A stretch of 64,000 nucleotides of DNA from Podarcis vaucheri (lineage: Eukaryota), in assembly GCA_965113315.1 (NCBI GenBank), contig OZ220377.1; one strand, written 5' to 3'. A model generated the notes under the pieces. That model saw only the letters and a list, made by a program, of their open reading frames with translations, was not told the origin of the DNA and did no database searches. Below are positions 34,450-48,719 of the stretch, piece after piece. How positions within the stretch are numbered: the first letter of the stretch is position 1; each line of letters begins with the position of its first letter. The position numbers were made by a program, and so were the translations under genes.

Positions 34450-37400
34450 TTCTGCTGAGAGTGGTTAGGAAGCCCCTATTCCCCACACAGAGCTACAATT
34501 CTGAGAATGGTTTAACAATCCATCACAGGGAACTCTGAGGACTCAAGTTCTGGGAGGGGAATAAGGGTCTCCTAACAACTCCCAGTATCCCAGACATCCA
34601 TTGCTGGATCAGCCAGACCCACATTCCCTCAACATCACCTGACTTGGAGATTTAGGTACCCTGCCCTTGTACATGCCTCAGGTGGGATGTCAACCTGGAC
34701 TGTGCATTGGATCCAGTTGAAACACAAACCAAACTGGCTTGAGGGCATCCAGGCTTGGGCTGAAGTGTGATAGGACTGCCCCATTTCACCCTGGGTTGGA
34801 TAGGCTTCCCAGAGTAATCTGGGGCTGTCAGGGTGCAGGGTGTTGGACGGCAAGGCTACAGGGGTCTGTTTCAGCAGCACATTCCCTGTAGGGAACATGC
34901 TGAGAAAACAGGGTACCGCAGGATTGAACTCTCCTGCACCTGGTAACAGGCGTGGTGTGGGGAGAGGAGATTGTCTCTTCCTCCCCACTCTGTCCCCACC
35001 CATATGCTGAATTAGGGTTTAAAAACTCTAATTGGGCCCACCCTGTAATTGATTCGGGGTTGGATCCAGGGTGGGGTCACCTTGGGTCAAGTGATTGGTG
35101 GGGGTGGAGGCGTGTACCCAGCCCTAGTGACCACCAGGGTGACAACCTCAGGGTGTCTATCAGAGTATGTTAATGCCCTGTGTCCCCAGAACATTTGGGG
35201 AGCAGATGTGGGTTCCTAGCCCTTCCCTTCCCTGCTTCTTCCTCCTTCAACATCCCCTCTAGTTTTGGGCACAGGCTGGCTCTGACAACTCTGCGGTGAA
35301 GATAAGTAGACTCCCGAGCTGCCTGTTCTACCAGGTGGCCTTTATTATAAAGAATTGTCTCTCATTCTACCATATCCCACTCCTATGAAACATAATGGAT
35401 ATCCTTTATTTCAGAGCACTGCTGCATTGCAGAATGGAATGTATGCCCCTTATTTCAGGCACCACAAGCCCAGAAGGTCCTATTTCTGAAGTTTCAAGCT
35501 GACAAACCTTATTGATAAAGCAGTTTCTGTAAGTTTCTGTATTGCTGCAAAAACGGAGAGAAAAACCCCCACTCCCTTTATTGCTTCCTGATGCATTATG
35601 TCCTTTATAAAGTAGATTTCCTCTGGTATTAAATACAATAGAAATGGTTAAACGGGCTAAAGAGTTGCTGAGTCATTTCAGTTCTCCTGCATTTCTCCTG
35701 TCTGTCTGGAGGGCATCTCTGGGTCCTGCGAGAAATGATGAAGTCTGGGCAGTAATTTCCCTCCCCTGGAACAGTAGACTAGAGCCACAGCATTTGAGCT
35801 GGTGTCGAAAAGAATGCTGCAGAAATTAATAGGGCTGATCTGAAACTGGGGGTAGGAGGAAAGAACACATAAGAATGTCCTGCCCCTAAAAAATGCCCTC
35901 TTGCATATTGGCCCACTCGGCTCGCCCTTTGCAAAAGGGCATGGAAACTTTTGCAAGGGGGGAGGGCGGTGTTGAGGGGGAAAGGGCTCTTTGTGATTCA
36001 GGTGGCCAGGGCAGCAATCTCTCCACTTCATCCAGTTGTGTGTAGTTATCTACCTCAGGCAGATCATTCAGAGGGATGCCTGTCCAAATGCAGGCACCAT
36101 TCATATGCATATTCAGTGGCATATACCCTCCCTCAACGGAGCATGTGCAACTACGCATTGCAAGCACACCCTAAAAGAAGACTCAGGAAACTATAATAGT
36201 GTTGAAAAAATGGTTATATATTTTTTCAAATGTCACAGGATAGAGGATCTGCAAACCACCAAATAAATATAATTAGCCCAATAAAAATATAGTCCTGGCA
36301 GGGAAGTTCCCTAAGGTGGAAGGGATTGGGTCCCTCCCTGCTCCTGGATATGTTTACAGGCTCCACCTGCAGCCCTGCAGCAAAGTACTGGAAGGGATTC
36401 TTCCTCCTTTCTGTGAGAAACTTGGGTCTGTGAACCTGACAAATTGCTTACATTCCCATCTATATCACCCCAAAGAAATAGCCACTTCTCTAGCCCTGCT
36501 ATTAAATATTACATTGCCCCCTACAACTGTGAATTCCAGTTTCCACAAATTCAAGGTTGGTTCTGAATGAGAATCCATAATCTCTGACTGTGCCATCTTT
36601 ATTGCATTTGGAACATGGTTGAAATGATAATTAAAGCTCAGGGTTCAGCTGTCTAGTGATGCCTGTATCTACAATGTAGCCTACAATGGCAATCTGGTTC
36701 CTGCTGGAGTGAATCCATCTGCCTTTTGCTACTTTGCATCTTTCTCTTCTAATCCAAATCGAAAGCCTACTCTGCAAACAAGTTTTCAGCTTCACTGCAA
36801 TTGTTCTGATAACTTACTGAGAAGCATTTGGACTTTTACCTAGCCAGTTTTATCGGATCCAGTATGGACTTTATCTGCCAGGAGGTAACCAGAAAAAAAA
36901 CTTGGCCAGTGTGGAGCAGAGCCTAAACTATAAGTTAATAAGCCCTTCTTGTATATTAATAGTAGATGGAATCTACTGGGGACTTGGGGAAGTCTTGGCA
37001 AACTACCACTGGGGACACAGTACCCCTGCCATGACCTGCACTGCTTGTTGTCTTTAAGTAATCCTTTTGCATCCTGACAAGCTATTCATTAATTAATTAA
37101 TTTCTGGGGACCAACCTCACTTAATAGTCAATTGTGATTGGTGGTCTGATGCTACATTTTAACCTTGTCCAGTCCAGTTCACCACCTGACATTTTAACCT
37201 GGGGAATCCCAAGGTTTCTAATGTAACACAAAGGTTTGTGTTCAAGGGAGCTTCTCAGTCTGTGACCTCTCTCTTCTTCAGCTTGAGGAAGATGGTTTAG
37301 CTCTTTACTGTTACCTGGTTACTCCCAGGAAGCAGAACACAACTTGACTCCATCTAGTGAATAGCTCCCCTATGTTGTTACATTCACTTCTTTTTTTAAA

Positions 37401-37790
37401 AACAAGAGAAATAAAGACAGCTGTGGTTATGGTGGGATTCATCAGGTCCCTTAAAGCATTTAATTTGCTAACTAGGGCAGAACCTTGATACTGGATGTGT
37501 CTTCTTTGTCTGACGCATATAAGGATGGATGGATATATGAGACCCTCCAGGCAAATTTACCTCTTGGTAAAATAGATCAGGATGACATTTCCTTGCACGA
37601 GGAAGAAACAGATCATTGCTCTTTATTATGAACATTATTTATTATTTATTACTGGAGTTGTCTCTTTGTCTCATAATGTTTGATGTGCTAATTAATCCAC
37701 TTAATTTGACAGTCCAGTTTTTCTTTTTAAAAACCTTTTTGCTTACAAAGGCTTTTCACATTCCATCAAAGCATTGGTTATATTTGTGTT

Positions 37791-37791
<1 letters not shown>

Positions 37792-37826
<35 letters not shown>
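37792..37826. repeat. (GT)n microsatellite
   Basis: Seen directly. Confidence 0.95.
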
Positions 37827-37833
<7 letters not shown>

Positions 37834-38162
37834 CCAAGGCGATTGCTCAGATTAAAAATAAAAGATTATATGCACAGAAAGAGCAAAATGGGTAAAAGGA
37901 ATGACTGAATTTCTGGGAAGTATATATATATCTGAGGTTAATGAAAGTTAAGTGATTAATGTAAGACCGTACAAAATGCACTTGAGATGTGCACTTTCTC
38001 CAAGGATGGTTGGAGATTGTGTAAATTGACCAGGGAATGTGCACAGTTCTGTCTTTAGAGACAGATTATGTGCACATTCTCCATGAGATGTGGTGTGTGC
38101 TCCCTACGGCTGGTTGTTATGTGCACTCCCCACTCAACTCACATCACCCTTAAGGTTTACAC

Positions 38163-38637
38163 TAGGGCTGTGTATGCCCAGCCTCTGCAACCTGACCTGG
38201 GGCCACCACCCCTGACCTGACTAGGGTCAACCCAGGGAACACCCAGCCCAGATCTGGCTCTGAATCAATCCAGGGATGGGGCTAGAGATTCATTAGAATT
38301 TTTTAAACTCAAATTAAATTTATGGCTGGGAAGAGATGGTGGAAGGAGATGTAGCATTTGCTTACCTCCCCTCCATCTCAGTAGAGGAGGGTTCAATGCT
38401 GCTGGGTGCTCCTTCACAAAAACCTTCCCTGCAGGGGAACACGCTGGTGAACCAGACAATTGAAGTCTTCTTGCCTGGTGCTGCACCCCCTCACAGCCCT
38501 GGATTGCTCTGAGTGGCTTTGGGTGCCAATCCAAGGTTGTTTCAACCAACTTGGTCCAAAGCTGGGTTCTGTCCCTCCGCCACACCCAATTTGGCCCAAT
38601 TCAGTTTGGGCTCTGGCTGAACCCATTACACAGCCAT
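38163..38637. mobile_element. Degraded non-autonomous DNA element (TAGGGCTGTG...CACAGCC ends); relative at about 30627-30998
   Basis: Short inverted termini and shared internal CCCAATTCAGTTTGGG motifs. Confidence 0.45.
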
Positions 38638-40039
38638 CAAATACCCTTCCCCACATGACGTACCACAGAGGGATGGACCCTTCCAATGCTACAATTCTAC
38701 GATTCCATGTATTCCTTGTTTTAACCCATTTCCCTATGTGGTTGGACACTGCAGGAGAAATCTTATAGAGATACAGTTTTCTTTCAAGGAATGAGAAATG
38801 AAGTCTATAAAGACAATGTTGTCATCTTTAAAGCTGCGTAATTTTTAAACAAAAACCAACAGCAACTGCAATAATTTATATTTGGCAGTCTCCAAGGCTC
38901 TCTCTTTCCAGACAGTTGTACCAGTCAAACACCCTGGCTTCTTCATCCGTCCAAGCAGATAGGTCTATCCAATAGCTAGTTGACACCAGATATCAAAAGC
39001 CACCGATCTTCATTTACGGCAGGGCTGAGGAATATGCAGTCCTGTCAGCATCATTGTCAGAAGTGATATGGCTCTGTATACCAACTCCTGAGAATTGCAA
39101 TAGGAAGGGTGCTGTTATGTTCAGGATCTTCTTGGCTTTAGAGAGAACAGGGTGCTGGATGAGATGAGCTTTTGGTCAGATCTAGCAGGGTTTTATGTTT
39201 CCTCCAGGTGTTGTTGGACTCCTAACTCCCACCATCCCCAGCCAAGTGGTCAAGGATAATGGAAGTTGCAATCCAGCGACATCTAAAAGGCCACAGAGTC
39301 TCTCTCCACTCCTGATTTAAGTAAGCATCCATTAGCTATCAACGTGGAAGCAACATGTCTAGCACTTTTTTTTTATCTACTTGATGACTAGAGCTATATT
39401 AACCCACTTTTAGGGTGCAGAGTGCAGCTTGTTTAATTCAATTGTGAATTGAGCAACAAACAACCTTCATTTGGCCAGCAGCACACTCATGTTCTTATGA
39501 AATCAATAGATTTGCATCTGCTTTATATATAAGCCCTACAGACAGAGTATCCTGAAGTTTACATTTTATTTGCTGGATTTATAGCCAGCAAATTTGACCC
39601 AACGTCCCTCTAGGTGGCTTAAAATTTAAAATCAATAATAATATCCTGTTATATATCCATAAACCATAGCCAATTAAAACAAGTTAAAATACAAGAAATA
39701 GAATGCTAAAATATAAACAGGAACATCAAGAAGACTCAGGGCTATTCTGCACACCCTATCTTCTCATGGTCTGCCAGAATAAGGATATTTTAGTGGCTTT
39801 CCCAAAAACTTCCAAGTGAACTAGTCTAGCAGGCTTCTCTAAAAAGGTTGTTGCTTAGGGATGGTGCCATTACAGAGAAGTCTTTTTCTATCCCTGGCTT
39901 CAGATAAAGAAAGAATCTGAAGCAGAGCCAGGCTTAAGGTTTCCATTCACAGGAAGGCAGGCTCATATGAAACCAGGCACTCACTGCGACTCCCCAGGCC
40001 AGGGCTGTCTGGACATTCACCCACTCATCCATCTACCCA

Positions 40040-40252
40040 TTGCACATATATTTGATCTTTCCTCTAAAGAGCTCAATGTGACATACAAGGTTCTTCCCTC
40101 TTCCCCACATTCTATCCTCCCAGCAACGCTGCAAGGTAGGTCAAGCTGAAAGAGAGTGACTGGCCCAAAGTTACCCCAGTGAGCTTCAAGGCTGAGTGGG
40201 AATTTGATCCCTGACCTCCAAGGTCCTAGTCTGACGCTCTAATCACTACCCA
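40040..40252 (-). mobile_element. Squam3A-like SINE
   Basis: Homologous to 13790-14023. Confidence 0.65.
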
Positions 40253-40462
40253 CTCTGCAATTAGGGCTTTAAAGGTCAAGACTACCATGTCGGTTTATGA
40301 ACTGCAGGCAGCCACTGAGCTTCTTCAGCTCTGGAGTTAGTGTCCTCCCCAAAGTTGATCCCTGTGAAAAACATATCCTCTGACATTTCACAGAACATAG
40401 GATCGTCAATGTGGCTTTGAACCGAAACTGCTTTTATATTTGAATTGACGGCAATTGTTTTC

Positions 40463-40775
40463 AGAATCATAGAATAGTAAAATTGGAAGGGACCCCAGGG
40501 GTCATTTAGTCCAAGCCCCTGCATTGCAGGAATCACAGCTAAAGAATCCCTTGCACATGACCATCTAACCTCTGTTTAAAAACTTCCAGTGGAGGAGAGT
40601 CCATCACCTTTCAGGGGAGCCCATTCCATTGTCGAACAGCTCTTCCACCAGAAGATTCTTCCTAATGGTTAGCCATCAATTTCCTGTCTTGCAATCTGAA
40701 TCTTTTGATTGAATCCATTGGTTGCTCTGGAGCAGCTGGAAAAAAGCTTTCTCCATGTTCCAGCCCTTCAGAATG
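40463..40775 (-). mobile_element. CR1 3' end
   Basis: CATAGAAT tail repeats and GGAAGGGACCCCAGGGGTCAT.TAGTCCAA. Homologous to 3050-3415. Confidence 0.8.
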
Positions 40776-42044
40776 TTTTACCTGTTTTAGGATGGTTCTG
40801 CTTTGTTTATTTTTGTTCTAAACTGTGTTTCTCTTTGCTGCCCTGGGCTCCTTGAGGAGGAAATCCAGCAAACAAACCTTCAGACAAACAAACAATTTAC
40901 ATAAGCAGTTAGGTAAATTACATAATTTAGATAATTTCACAACAGAGCACAGTGAGATTAATAATGTAGCTTCTGGCAGAAGATGAACTGCACTCAAATG
41001 GAAACAGTGCTGCATGCAAGCACTACAGGACAGACTGGGAAATCATGTCTTCTTACCTCCCTTGCCGTCATGCTGCAAAATTTTTCCTAGGAAAAGAAAT
41101 CTGAACTGTAAGCATTAACTAGCTAGAGTGATATTTCTCCCCTCTGCACCCAGATGGGAAATGTTGTATGCACATAACCCTCCTACCCTGTATGCACTGC
41201 TGTTTGCTTGATTGCTCTGCACCACCGAGGGGCAAATAGCCTAAGATATATAAAAAAGGAAGGTGTAAACCCTGTGTTTTCCAGCTTATTTGAGCTTCCC
41301 CACTACAAAGCAGCATGATGTACAAATGCTTAAGCTTCACTGGCCTTCCACCTCTTGATTGCATTCAGTATTCACCACCCCCTCCTTTTATATGACGCCA
41401 AGGATTATTCTAGTGGAATTACTGGAGATGGGGAAACTCTGCCTCTGCAGAGAAAACAATTTCACAGAAGACTTAACCGAGTTAGGACAGGAAACAGGGA
41501 TACAAAGGCAGTGGGGGGGGGGAAGGAGTCCAATCTCTCCAGGGTTCTCCAGAATGAAGAGACAATTAGACTGGAGTGCAATGTGGGCTGGCACCCTGAG
41601 TAATCATTTTCTTTTCAAAAAGCTGGGAAGGCAGAGAGATGTAAGGTGAACGGACTCCATGCAACTTTCTTTACAGCTTAATTACCACCGCATCTCCCAC
41701 CCATCATCTCGGGTGTATGTTTTGTTCTGTACATTGCTGTTTGGTAACTCTGGGAAGGAGGCATGATCCTGGTCTGTGGCCAAGGGAGATGGGCTGACAT
41801 CACAGGAGAATGAAGGAGTTCCCCTCTTTCAAAACTGGCTGTGTTCAAAGCCCAGCTAGTTTTGATCACCTTACTAATTGCTGTAAACCATGATGCGGGG
41901 AGTGCTCATCTGCTCAGGTTCATTCTGCTTGTGGGTTTCTCATAAGCATCTGTCTGGCCACTCTGAGAATAAGATGTTGGACTAGATGGGCCGTTGGCAG
42001 GATCTAGGAGGTGCTTCTTGTGTTCTTTTAGTCTTAGGAGAGAA

Positions 42045-42230
42045 GCACAGGAAGCTGCCGTATACTGAGTCACACCATCAATCCATCTAGCTTCAGTATT
42101 GCCTACACTAATTGACAGCAGCTCTCTAGGGAGCTGGCAGGAGTTTTCCTCAGACCTACCCAGAGATGTCAGGGATTGAATTTGTGACCTTCTGCATGCA
42201 AAGCAAGTGCGCCAACGCTGAGCTACATCG
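42045..42230 (-). mobile_element. Squam2-type SINE
   Basis: AGGAAGCTGCC.TATACTGAGTCA tail, with a tRNA-like head ending CTGAGCTAC. Confidence 0.7.
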
Positions 42231-42781
42231 CCTCTTCAACCATACGAAACACAGAAAGCTGTCCAATCCTAGGCCATATCATTGGTCCACCTAAAATCTA
42301 AATGAGTAATAAATACATGCTAAAGTGGTAACTGGAGGTTTTGATTGGGCAAACTGATATTTCTGTGATGTGAAATTTGCTGCCAGATGTGAGATGCCAT
42401 GCTTACAGGGCCAGCCCATATAGGTGTGCATTAAATACACAGGACCGTCTCCAGCAAAGCGCAAGGACTTCTGCTTGAGCAATGGCACTCCTTCTCCTCT
42501 TCCCATATGTTCCCTATGCTCCTGCTCCAAATCTGCTCTGGATGATTTCAGGAGAAGATCCTGAACAGATTTGGGGAGGGTCCAGGGGTACACAGGGAGA
42601 GGAGGTCATCTTGCACAGGCAGAAGTCTTTGTGCTATTGGGACACTTTCGCTGGACACAGCCAACTAAATCCCTTTAGCATAAATGAATTCCATACCTGG
42701 ACTAGATGAAGTTTTGGCCTGTGAGGAAAGAAGACTGCTCTTGTGTTTGAGGAACCCAAAGAGGAGAGATGACATTTCCAT

Positions 42782-42910
42782 NNNNNNNNNNNNNNNNNNN
42801 NNNNNNNNNNNNNNNNNNNNNNNNNNNNNNNNNNNNNNNNNNNNNNNNNNNNNNNNNNNNNNNNNNNNNNNNNNNNNNNNNNNNNNNNNNNNNNNNNNNN
42901 NNNNNNNNNN
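42782..42910. other. Assembly gap (129 N)
   Basis: Seen directly. Confidence 0.99.
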
Positions 42911-44647
42911 AGTTCCCGCACTGGATCTTCTATCATCATCATCATCTCATGAGATCCCCTTTCTTCCTAATCGCCTGGCCCCTGCCTTATCTCTCCTCAT
43001 CTCAGAAGGGTGATAGGAAAAATAAAATATTTTTAATGCTCTCTCCCTCAAACTTGACTTTTAGAGTAAATGATCAATATTAGGAATGTGCAGGCCCTCC
43101 CCCTCCCATTGCCGACGTTCTCGCTGTTCTTTGCTGCTCACTCTTTCGCCAGTGGAGAAAAGGCTGTGCGGAGACTTCTAGTGCGGTTATTCACAAATGT
43201 GATTGATGGAGACTCTGCTGCAGGCTAGGAGAAGATTGGTTTCTGGGTCTGATTGATAAAGTCTCTCATGCAGTATGAAACAGTTGGAAATGGGAGAGGG
43301 GTGGATGGTGTTGTTTGCTCCTAAGGGGGGTTAGTAGCAAGAGGGCTGTCAAGATCAGGGCTTGGCAACTGTTTTAGGTTTATGGGCTCATTTGGATTTT
43401 TGAGCAAGCGCTGTGGACACGGGTCACTTCTCCCCTGCCCTACCCCAGAGAGACAGAAAGAAAGTGCACACAAATCGCTTTCTCCAAAGATTTGGTGCAG
43501 AAGTTGGATCCGATAGAATTAATGTAAGTCTTGAAAAGCACATCAAGCTGAAAGAGGAAGTGGGGAAGAAAGCTGCTCTTCCAACTTTCTCCTTCAGCTT
43601 CATGCACTGCCTTGTGTGGTCAAGGGATGAAACACAAGAAGCTGCCCTCTACTGCGTCAGACAAAATCTGAGCTGAAAATCCCCGCCTTGCATTTATAGG
43701 TCGTCTACTGACACCCCTCTTTCCACAACAATACCTCTGGAATGAGGGAATTCCTGATGCGGCGTAGTTCCTAGTGAGGCCCTCTGATAGTGGTAGGGAA
43801 TATGACAGCTGTCACTTGTGACAATGACCAAGCAACAGGGCCGGCTCAAGATATTTTGCTGCCTGAGGCAAAGGACAAGGTGGTGTCTCCTCCCTGTCCA
43901 GTGTAAAGAAGCCAGCTGGACTGGCAGTTCAACAGTGGTGATGGAGCAGCATCCTGCGCTGCAACAACAGGCTATGCAGCATGCAAAGCTTTGCCCTCCT
44001 ATAGAGGGGAATAGCCCTGGGATTTAGGTACGGGGCCAGGGGCTGACCTGTTGGAACAGGCATCATGACTAATGGCTAGGGATGGTGGAAGTTGCAGTGG
44101 AGGGCCACCGGTTCCCTGCTTGTGCCCTAAGGAGTTGGGGTTGAAATAACAAACCAGACACAGAAGCAGGAAGATGGCATCCTTGCCACGCAGGGGCTAG
44201 CAGCCAAGCAACCTGCAACCCAAGTGCAGCAGCTGAGGGAACTGGGTCAAGCTTGAGCAACAATGCATTGGAGTATACCAGGAGCCTTTGGGTTTGGCGC
44301 TGAAGGTAGGAAGTGTAGGAACAGGGAGGCTTGTGCCTGAGTTACTCAGCTCATATGCTAAATCAAATGTGCCAACATCAGCCAAGAGGAGACTGGAACT
44401 TCCCTGCCATCAAGAAGTGGGGCAAGGCAGGAGTAGTCAAAGTAAGCTGGCGTCACTTGACAGGTGAAAGGACTTGTTTACAGGGATTCACTTGCTGTAG
44501 CCAAGACAGAGCATGAATTAATGATTGCGTGGGAGAGAGATAATGCCAGGGCTGAGTTTTTAGTGTGTTTTCATGTATATTTCATAGGCCCTGTTTGCTT
44601 TCCTGATGTGTACAACTCTTTGATGATTATTCTTTTTACTTTCATAG

Positions 44648-44702
44648 ACCTTCCCAGAATGCCAGGTGTGTTATTGCCTCCTTCTCTCGAAGACTGGTTC
44701 AG
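44648..44702 (+). other. Candidate 55-nt exon (unassigned transcript)
   Basis: Acceptor tctttttactttcatAG and donor CAG|GTGAGC. ATG at 44659 reads MPGVLLPPSLEDWF and ends in phase 2. Confidence 0.4.
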
Positions 44703-45036
44703 GTGAGCACTCCTATCGGTGTCTGGCTAGAGTGGGCTTTGCCTGGCTTCATGCCAAAGGAGAGCTGGTTGTTCCAGGCACACCTGCAAAACACTGAGCA
44801 GGCATGCAGTCCATGCAGTTTGGAGGGATAACATCAAACCTTGGTGTAGAAGTAGAGTTACAGTGCAGTCAAGCGGCAAATTGCGGTGGTGGAGGACTTC
44901 ACAACCATCTGGTTTGGAAAATGAAATTGGCATGCTCATAATGTGTGCCTGTGGTCCAGTCTGAGCGCCAACCCATGGGTTGTAATCCAAGCCACACGCT
45001 TACCTTTGACTGTTTGTTTTTCTTTTTCTTATGTAG

Positions 45037-45162
45037 CATTGGAAACTACATGGGAGCAGAGAAAGTGAGAAGTCTTTCTGTCTCTCCTTCTCTGGCACTT
45101 CAGATGCTGCTATGGCCAGCATCTGAGGGTCTGGGGGACATGGAAACTGCAATTTTCCCAAG
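45037..45162 (+). other. Candidate 126-nt symmetric (phase 2-2) exon
   Basis: Acceptor tgtttgtttttctttttcttatgtAG and donor AAG|GTAACC. Open in the frame compatible with 44648-44702. Confidence 0.3.
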
Positions 45163-45710
45163 GTAACCAGCATTTCCCAGGGTTCGGGGTCCTTAGGATG
45201 TTGCCATAACATTGTTCCAAGGAGAAAGAGATGAGTGTGGAGAGAGAAGGGGCAGGGTCTAGCAATGGACAATTTTGTCAAATTCACTTTTCCCCAGTTT
45301 CTCCCCCTCCCTCATCTTGCATTGCCTTGCTTTTGGAGTAGAAATTCTGCAAAACCCATCATCAGGGAGGCCAGTGTCATGTATGCAAGAGTGTGATCTG
45401 ACCACAGAATTCGTAAGAACCAGTTTAGGAGTAACCTAATGCTGGCTGTTAGAGTGAAAAACAACACCAGCTAAGTTGCGAGGAGGGCTCTGCACATGCA
45501 GTAAAAATGGATTGAGTGAAGTTGCATTTCAAGGACTATGGTTGGATGAAGAGATGGTGGGGTGCAGGGGTGGCAGAAGGTGGCAGCTGGTGATTGGCTA
45601 GAGAAAAAATACAGCAAATATGATGTCTATTTTCTATATAGGGTGTATGCTAATAAATATTTTCTCACGGATCTTTTTGAACTCTGTCTGGTAATGTATA
45701 ATTGGATAAA

Positions 45711-46053
45711 AGTAAAGGGACCCCTGACCATTAGGTCCAGTCGTGATTGACTATGGGGTTGAGGCGCTCATCTCACTTTATTGGCCGAGGGAGCTGGCGT
45801 ACAGCTTCTGGGTCATGTGGCCAGCATGACTAAGCTACTTCTGGCGAACCAGAGCAGTGCACGGAAATGCCGTTTACCTTCCCACCGGAGCGGTACCTAT
45901 TTATCTACTTGCACTTTGATGTGCTTTCAAACTGCTAGGTTGGCAGGAGCAGGGACTGAGCATCGGGAGCTCACCCCGTCACGGGGATTCGAACCGCTGA
46001 CCTTCTGATCGGCAAGTCCTAGTGGTTTAACCCACAGCGCCACCCGCATCCCC
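45711..46053 (-). mobile_element. Sauria SINE
   Basis: Full length with a small internal deletion. TSD GTAT(A/T)ATTGGATAAA at 45696-45710 and 46056-46070. Confidence 0.95.
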
Positions 46054-46955
46054 TAGTATTATTGGATAAAGCCATGCAAATTTAGAATTTGGCATGAGCT
46101 TCCAAATTGTACCCCTAAGAGCAATTTTCTCCCACATTTTGCTTGTGTTGTGATTGGCCTACCTTGTCACTTTTTGGAATTTGCCCATCACCCCGAGCTT
46201 GACCATGCACCTACCTCTGAGCCCCTCCAATCTTCCTTGAAGGACATAAGAAGAACTTGCTGGATCAGGTTGATCTGGACCTTGACTTCTGCCTGACCTC
46301 ACTTCACCCTTGCCTCTGACCCCTCTGATCTTTGTCTGCTGTTCTGGAAATAGCCTAATCTGGACATAGCCTTCCCAAATAGGCAGAGTAGGCTATGGAC
46401 CCATGCCTTTTAGGGCCCCAGCAACAATGAATCAAAATAATATTGATTTGATCTTGAAAAAAAAATTACAATCAAGTATTAGGAGATAATTTGTGAGGGC
46501 CCCCCTGAGATTTTGACTGCCTAGGGGCCTCCACAACATTTAATCCGACACTGCTTCCAGCTGACCACTCACAGTCCTTGAACCTCCTCTTGGCCCTAGG
46601 GCCCAGTCCCCATTGTCTGTGGCTTCCGGTCACCCCCTTTGCCCTCAGTGCACATGCAATCTCTTGCAAGCCTTTCTGTAACATCCTTCACAATCTATGC
46701 AAGGGCTGCTTTTCAGCAAATGCTTTTTCATCATATGCTGCCTCCCACCCAAAAGGATGAAAATAAAAATTGAAAATCCTTTGGAGGTTCCGAATGTAGC
46801 AGCAAATGGTGTCCTCAAAGGCTTTATCACCCATAAAAGAGGTGTGAGAAACAACAGGGGGATAATGAAAGAGGAAGCTATGCACTCAATGTGGAGACTT
46901 CACCCCCTTCAGAAAAGTTGACCCAGCAAGCAAACAAACAAGGCAGGAGGAGACA

Positions 46956-47545
46956 GGGCTGCAGCTCAGTGACAAGACAAGAGCTCAGTGGTAGTGCAGC
47001 TGCTTGGCATGCAGAAGGTCTGAGGTTCAATCCCTGGCATTTCCAGGTAGGGCTTTTGTTGTTTAGTTGTTTAGTTGTGTCCGACTCTTTGTGACCCCAT
47101 GGACCAGAGCATGCCAGGCATTCCTGTCTTCCACTGCCTCCTGCAGTTTACTCAAACTCATGCTGGTAGCTTCGAGAACATTGTCCAACCATTTCGTCCT
47201 CTGTCGTCCCCTTCTGCTTGTGCCCTCCATCTTTCCCAACATCAGGGTCTTTTCCAGGGAGTCTTCTCTTTTCATGAGGTGGCCAAAGTATTGGAGCCTC
47301 AACTTCACGATCTGTCCTTCCAATGAGCACTCAGGACTGATTTCCTTAATAATGGATAGGTTTGATCTTCTTGCAGTCTATGGGACTCTCAAGAGTCTCC
47401 TCCAGCACCATAATTCAAAAGCATCAATTCTTCAGCGATCAGCCTTCTAGGAATGTCCTAAAACCCTGAGGAGTTGCTGCCAGTCTGTGCAGACTAGCTA
47501 GATGGATCAATGGTCTGAATGGGTTTAGATCGGCTCCCTACATTC
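46956..47545 (+). mobile_element. Squam2-type SINE split by a BovB insertion
   Basis: tRNA head at 46956-47053 with GGTTCAATCC B-box. The body resumes at 47449. Confidence 0.75.
47054..47448 (-). mobile_element. BovB (RTE clade) LINE 3' fragment
   Basis: EGQIVKLRLQYFGHLMKREDSLEKTLMLGKMEG...WHALVHGVTKSRTQLN is the BovB C-terminus. It has a (CAA)-type tail. Confidence 0.92.
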
Positions 47546-48719
47546 CTATCCATGGTGTCCTGGAAAGTCAGCATCCTGTATTTGAAGCTTCTGCCACACC
47601 TTCCTTTCAAAAAGAGCCAAGATTAATTTCTGGGGGTTGCTCTGCTCATTTCTCCTGCAGCCTTCTTTGATGGCACGTGCAGTGCAGAAAGAAAAAAGTG
47701 GCCATGCCATGCCACGAATGGCATACTCACAAGCAGCCAGAGGAAGATGGGTCTGACCTTTCCACTTCATTGTTTACAGAAGCTGCTGAGCTTCTGACAA
47801 GGCAGCGTGCCCTTTTCAGAGGGCAGTTGGGTGAGGGTCAGCATGGATGGGGAGAACTCGTCTGCCCCAGAGCTGGATATGTCTGATCTGAAGGAAACAG
47901 ACAGTGAGGTGGCGGGGACAGCAGAAACTCCAGCTGGAATGAATTTGGTACTATGAAGAAGTCTCCAGCAAACCTTTCCTCTTGGTTTGTTCAAACAACT
48001 TATTCTACAAAGTAACTTATTCTGCCCTCCTAATATTCCCCATGATGGACACTGTTGATATTCTGAAAACAGCTGCTTATGACTACACAAGCCATCAAGC
48101 AGTGTGACTGTGAGAAAAATTGCCTGTGCAAAAACATTCAAAACCTTTAATGAAACTAAGCAATTAATAGTTTGCAACACTTGAGTTCTGCTTGGTTTCT
48201 TTTGTGGTGGGGAGGGGTGTTTGGGAGGAGGAGGTTGGGTGGAGAATAGTGGGAGACGCAGCAGTGAAAAGTGTAACATTTCCAGAGACCAGTGTGTGCC
48301 TTTTGAAAGTGGTGGTAGCAGCAGCAACAACAGTGGCACATCCCTGTTTCCTCCTTTACTGTAGCAGGATCATTCAAGGCCGGTCCTGCCATTAGACAGA
48401 GAGAGGTAGCTGCTTCAGGTGGCAAATGCTGGACTGGCAGGAAGCCGTGTCAAGAGGACAGAGTTGTGTATGCCAAATGACCTGTCCTGAATCCCTTAAT
48501 CTGGCCTCCTGGCCTCAGTTGTGGTGGAGGGTGTTTTTCCATTGCCAGGACTAAACTAAGATTCAGCTGCCAATCCAGTCAGATACTGTATGTAGAATGG
48601 AGGCCCTTTTTCGCCCTTCGCTGGAAGAAGCAGAATGTCTCTGGGTCCATTGTAGCCTTCGGATAGCCAGTTCCCCTTCTCCAATGGTGCCTATGAAATA
48701 ATGATGACAGCATGGCTTA

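Noticed and set aside
42634-43083. ORFs spanning the N run
   Set aside because: Artefacts of the assembly gap.
44170-44515. Possible additional old solo LTR
   Set aside because: LTR-like composition, but I could not define TG..CA ends with a TSD.
47767-47890. Strong minus-strand acceptor (tgtctgtttccttcAG) followed by a 39-codon frame
   Set aside because: No recognisable protein, no partner exon, and all three frames stop soon after.
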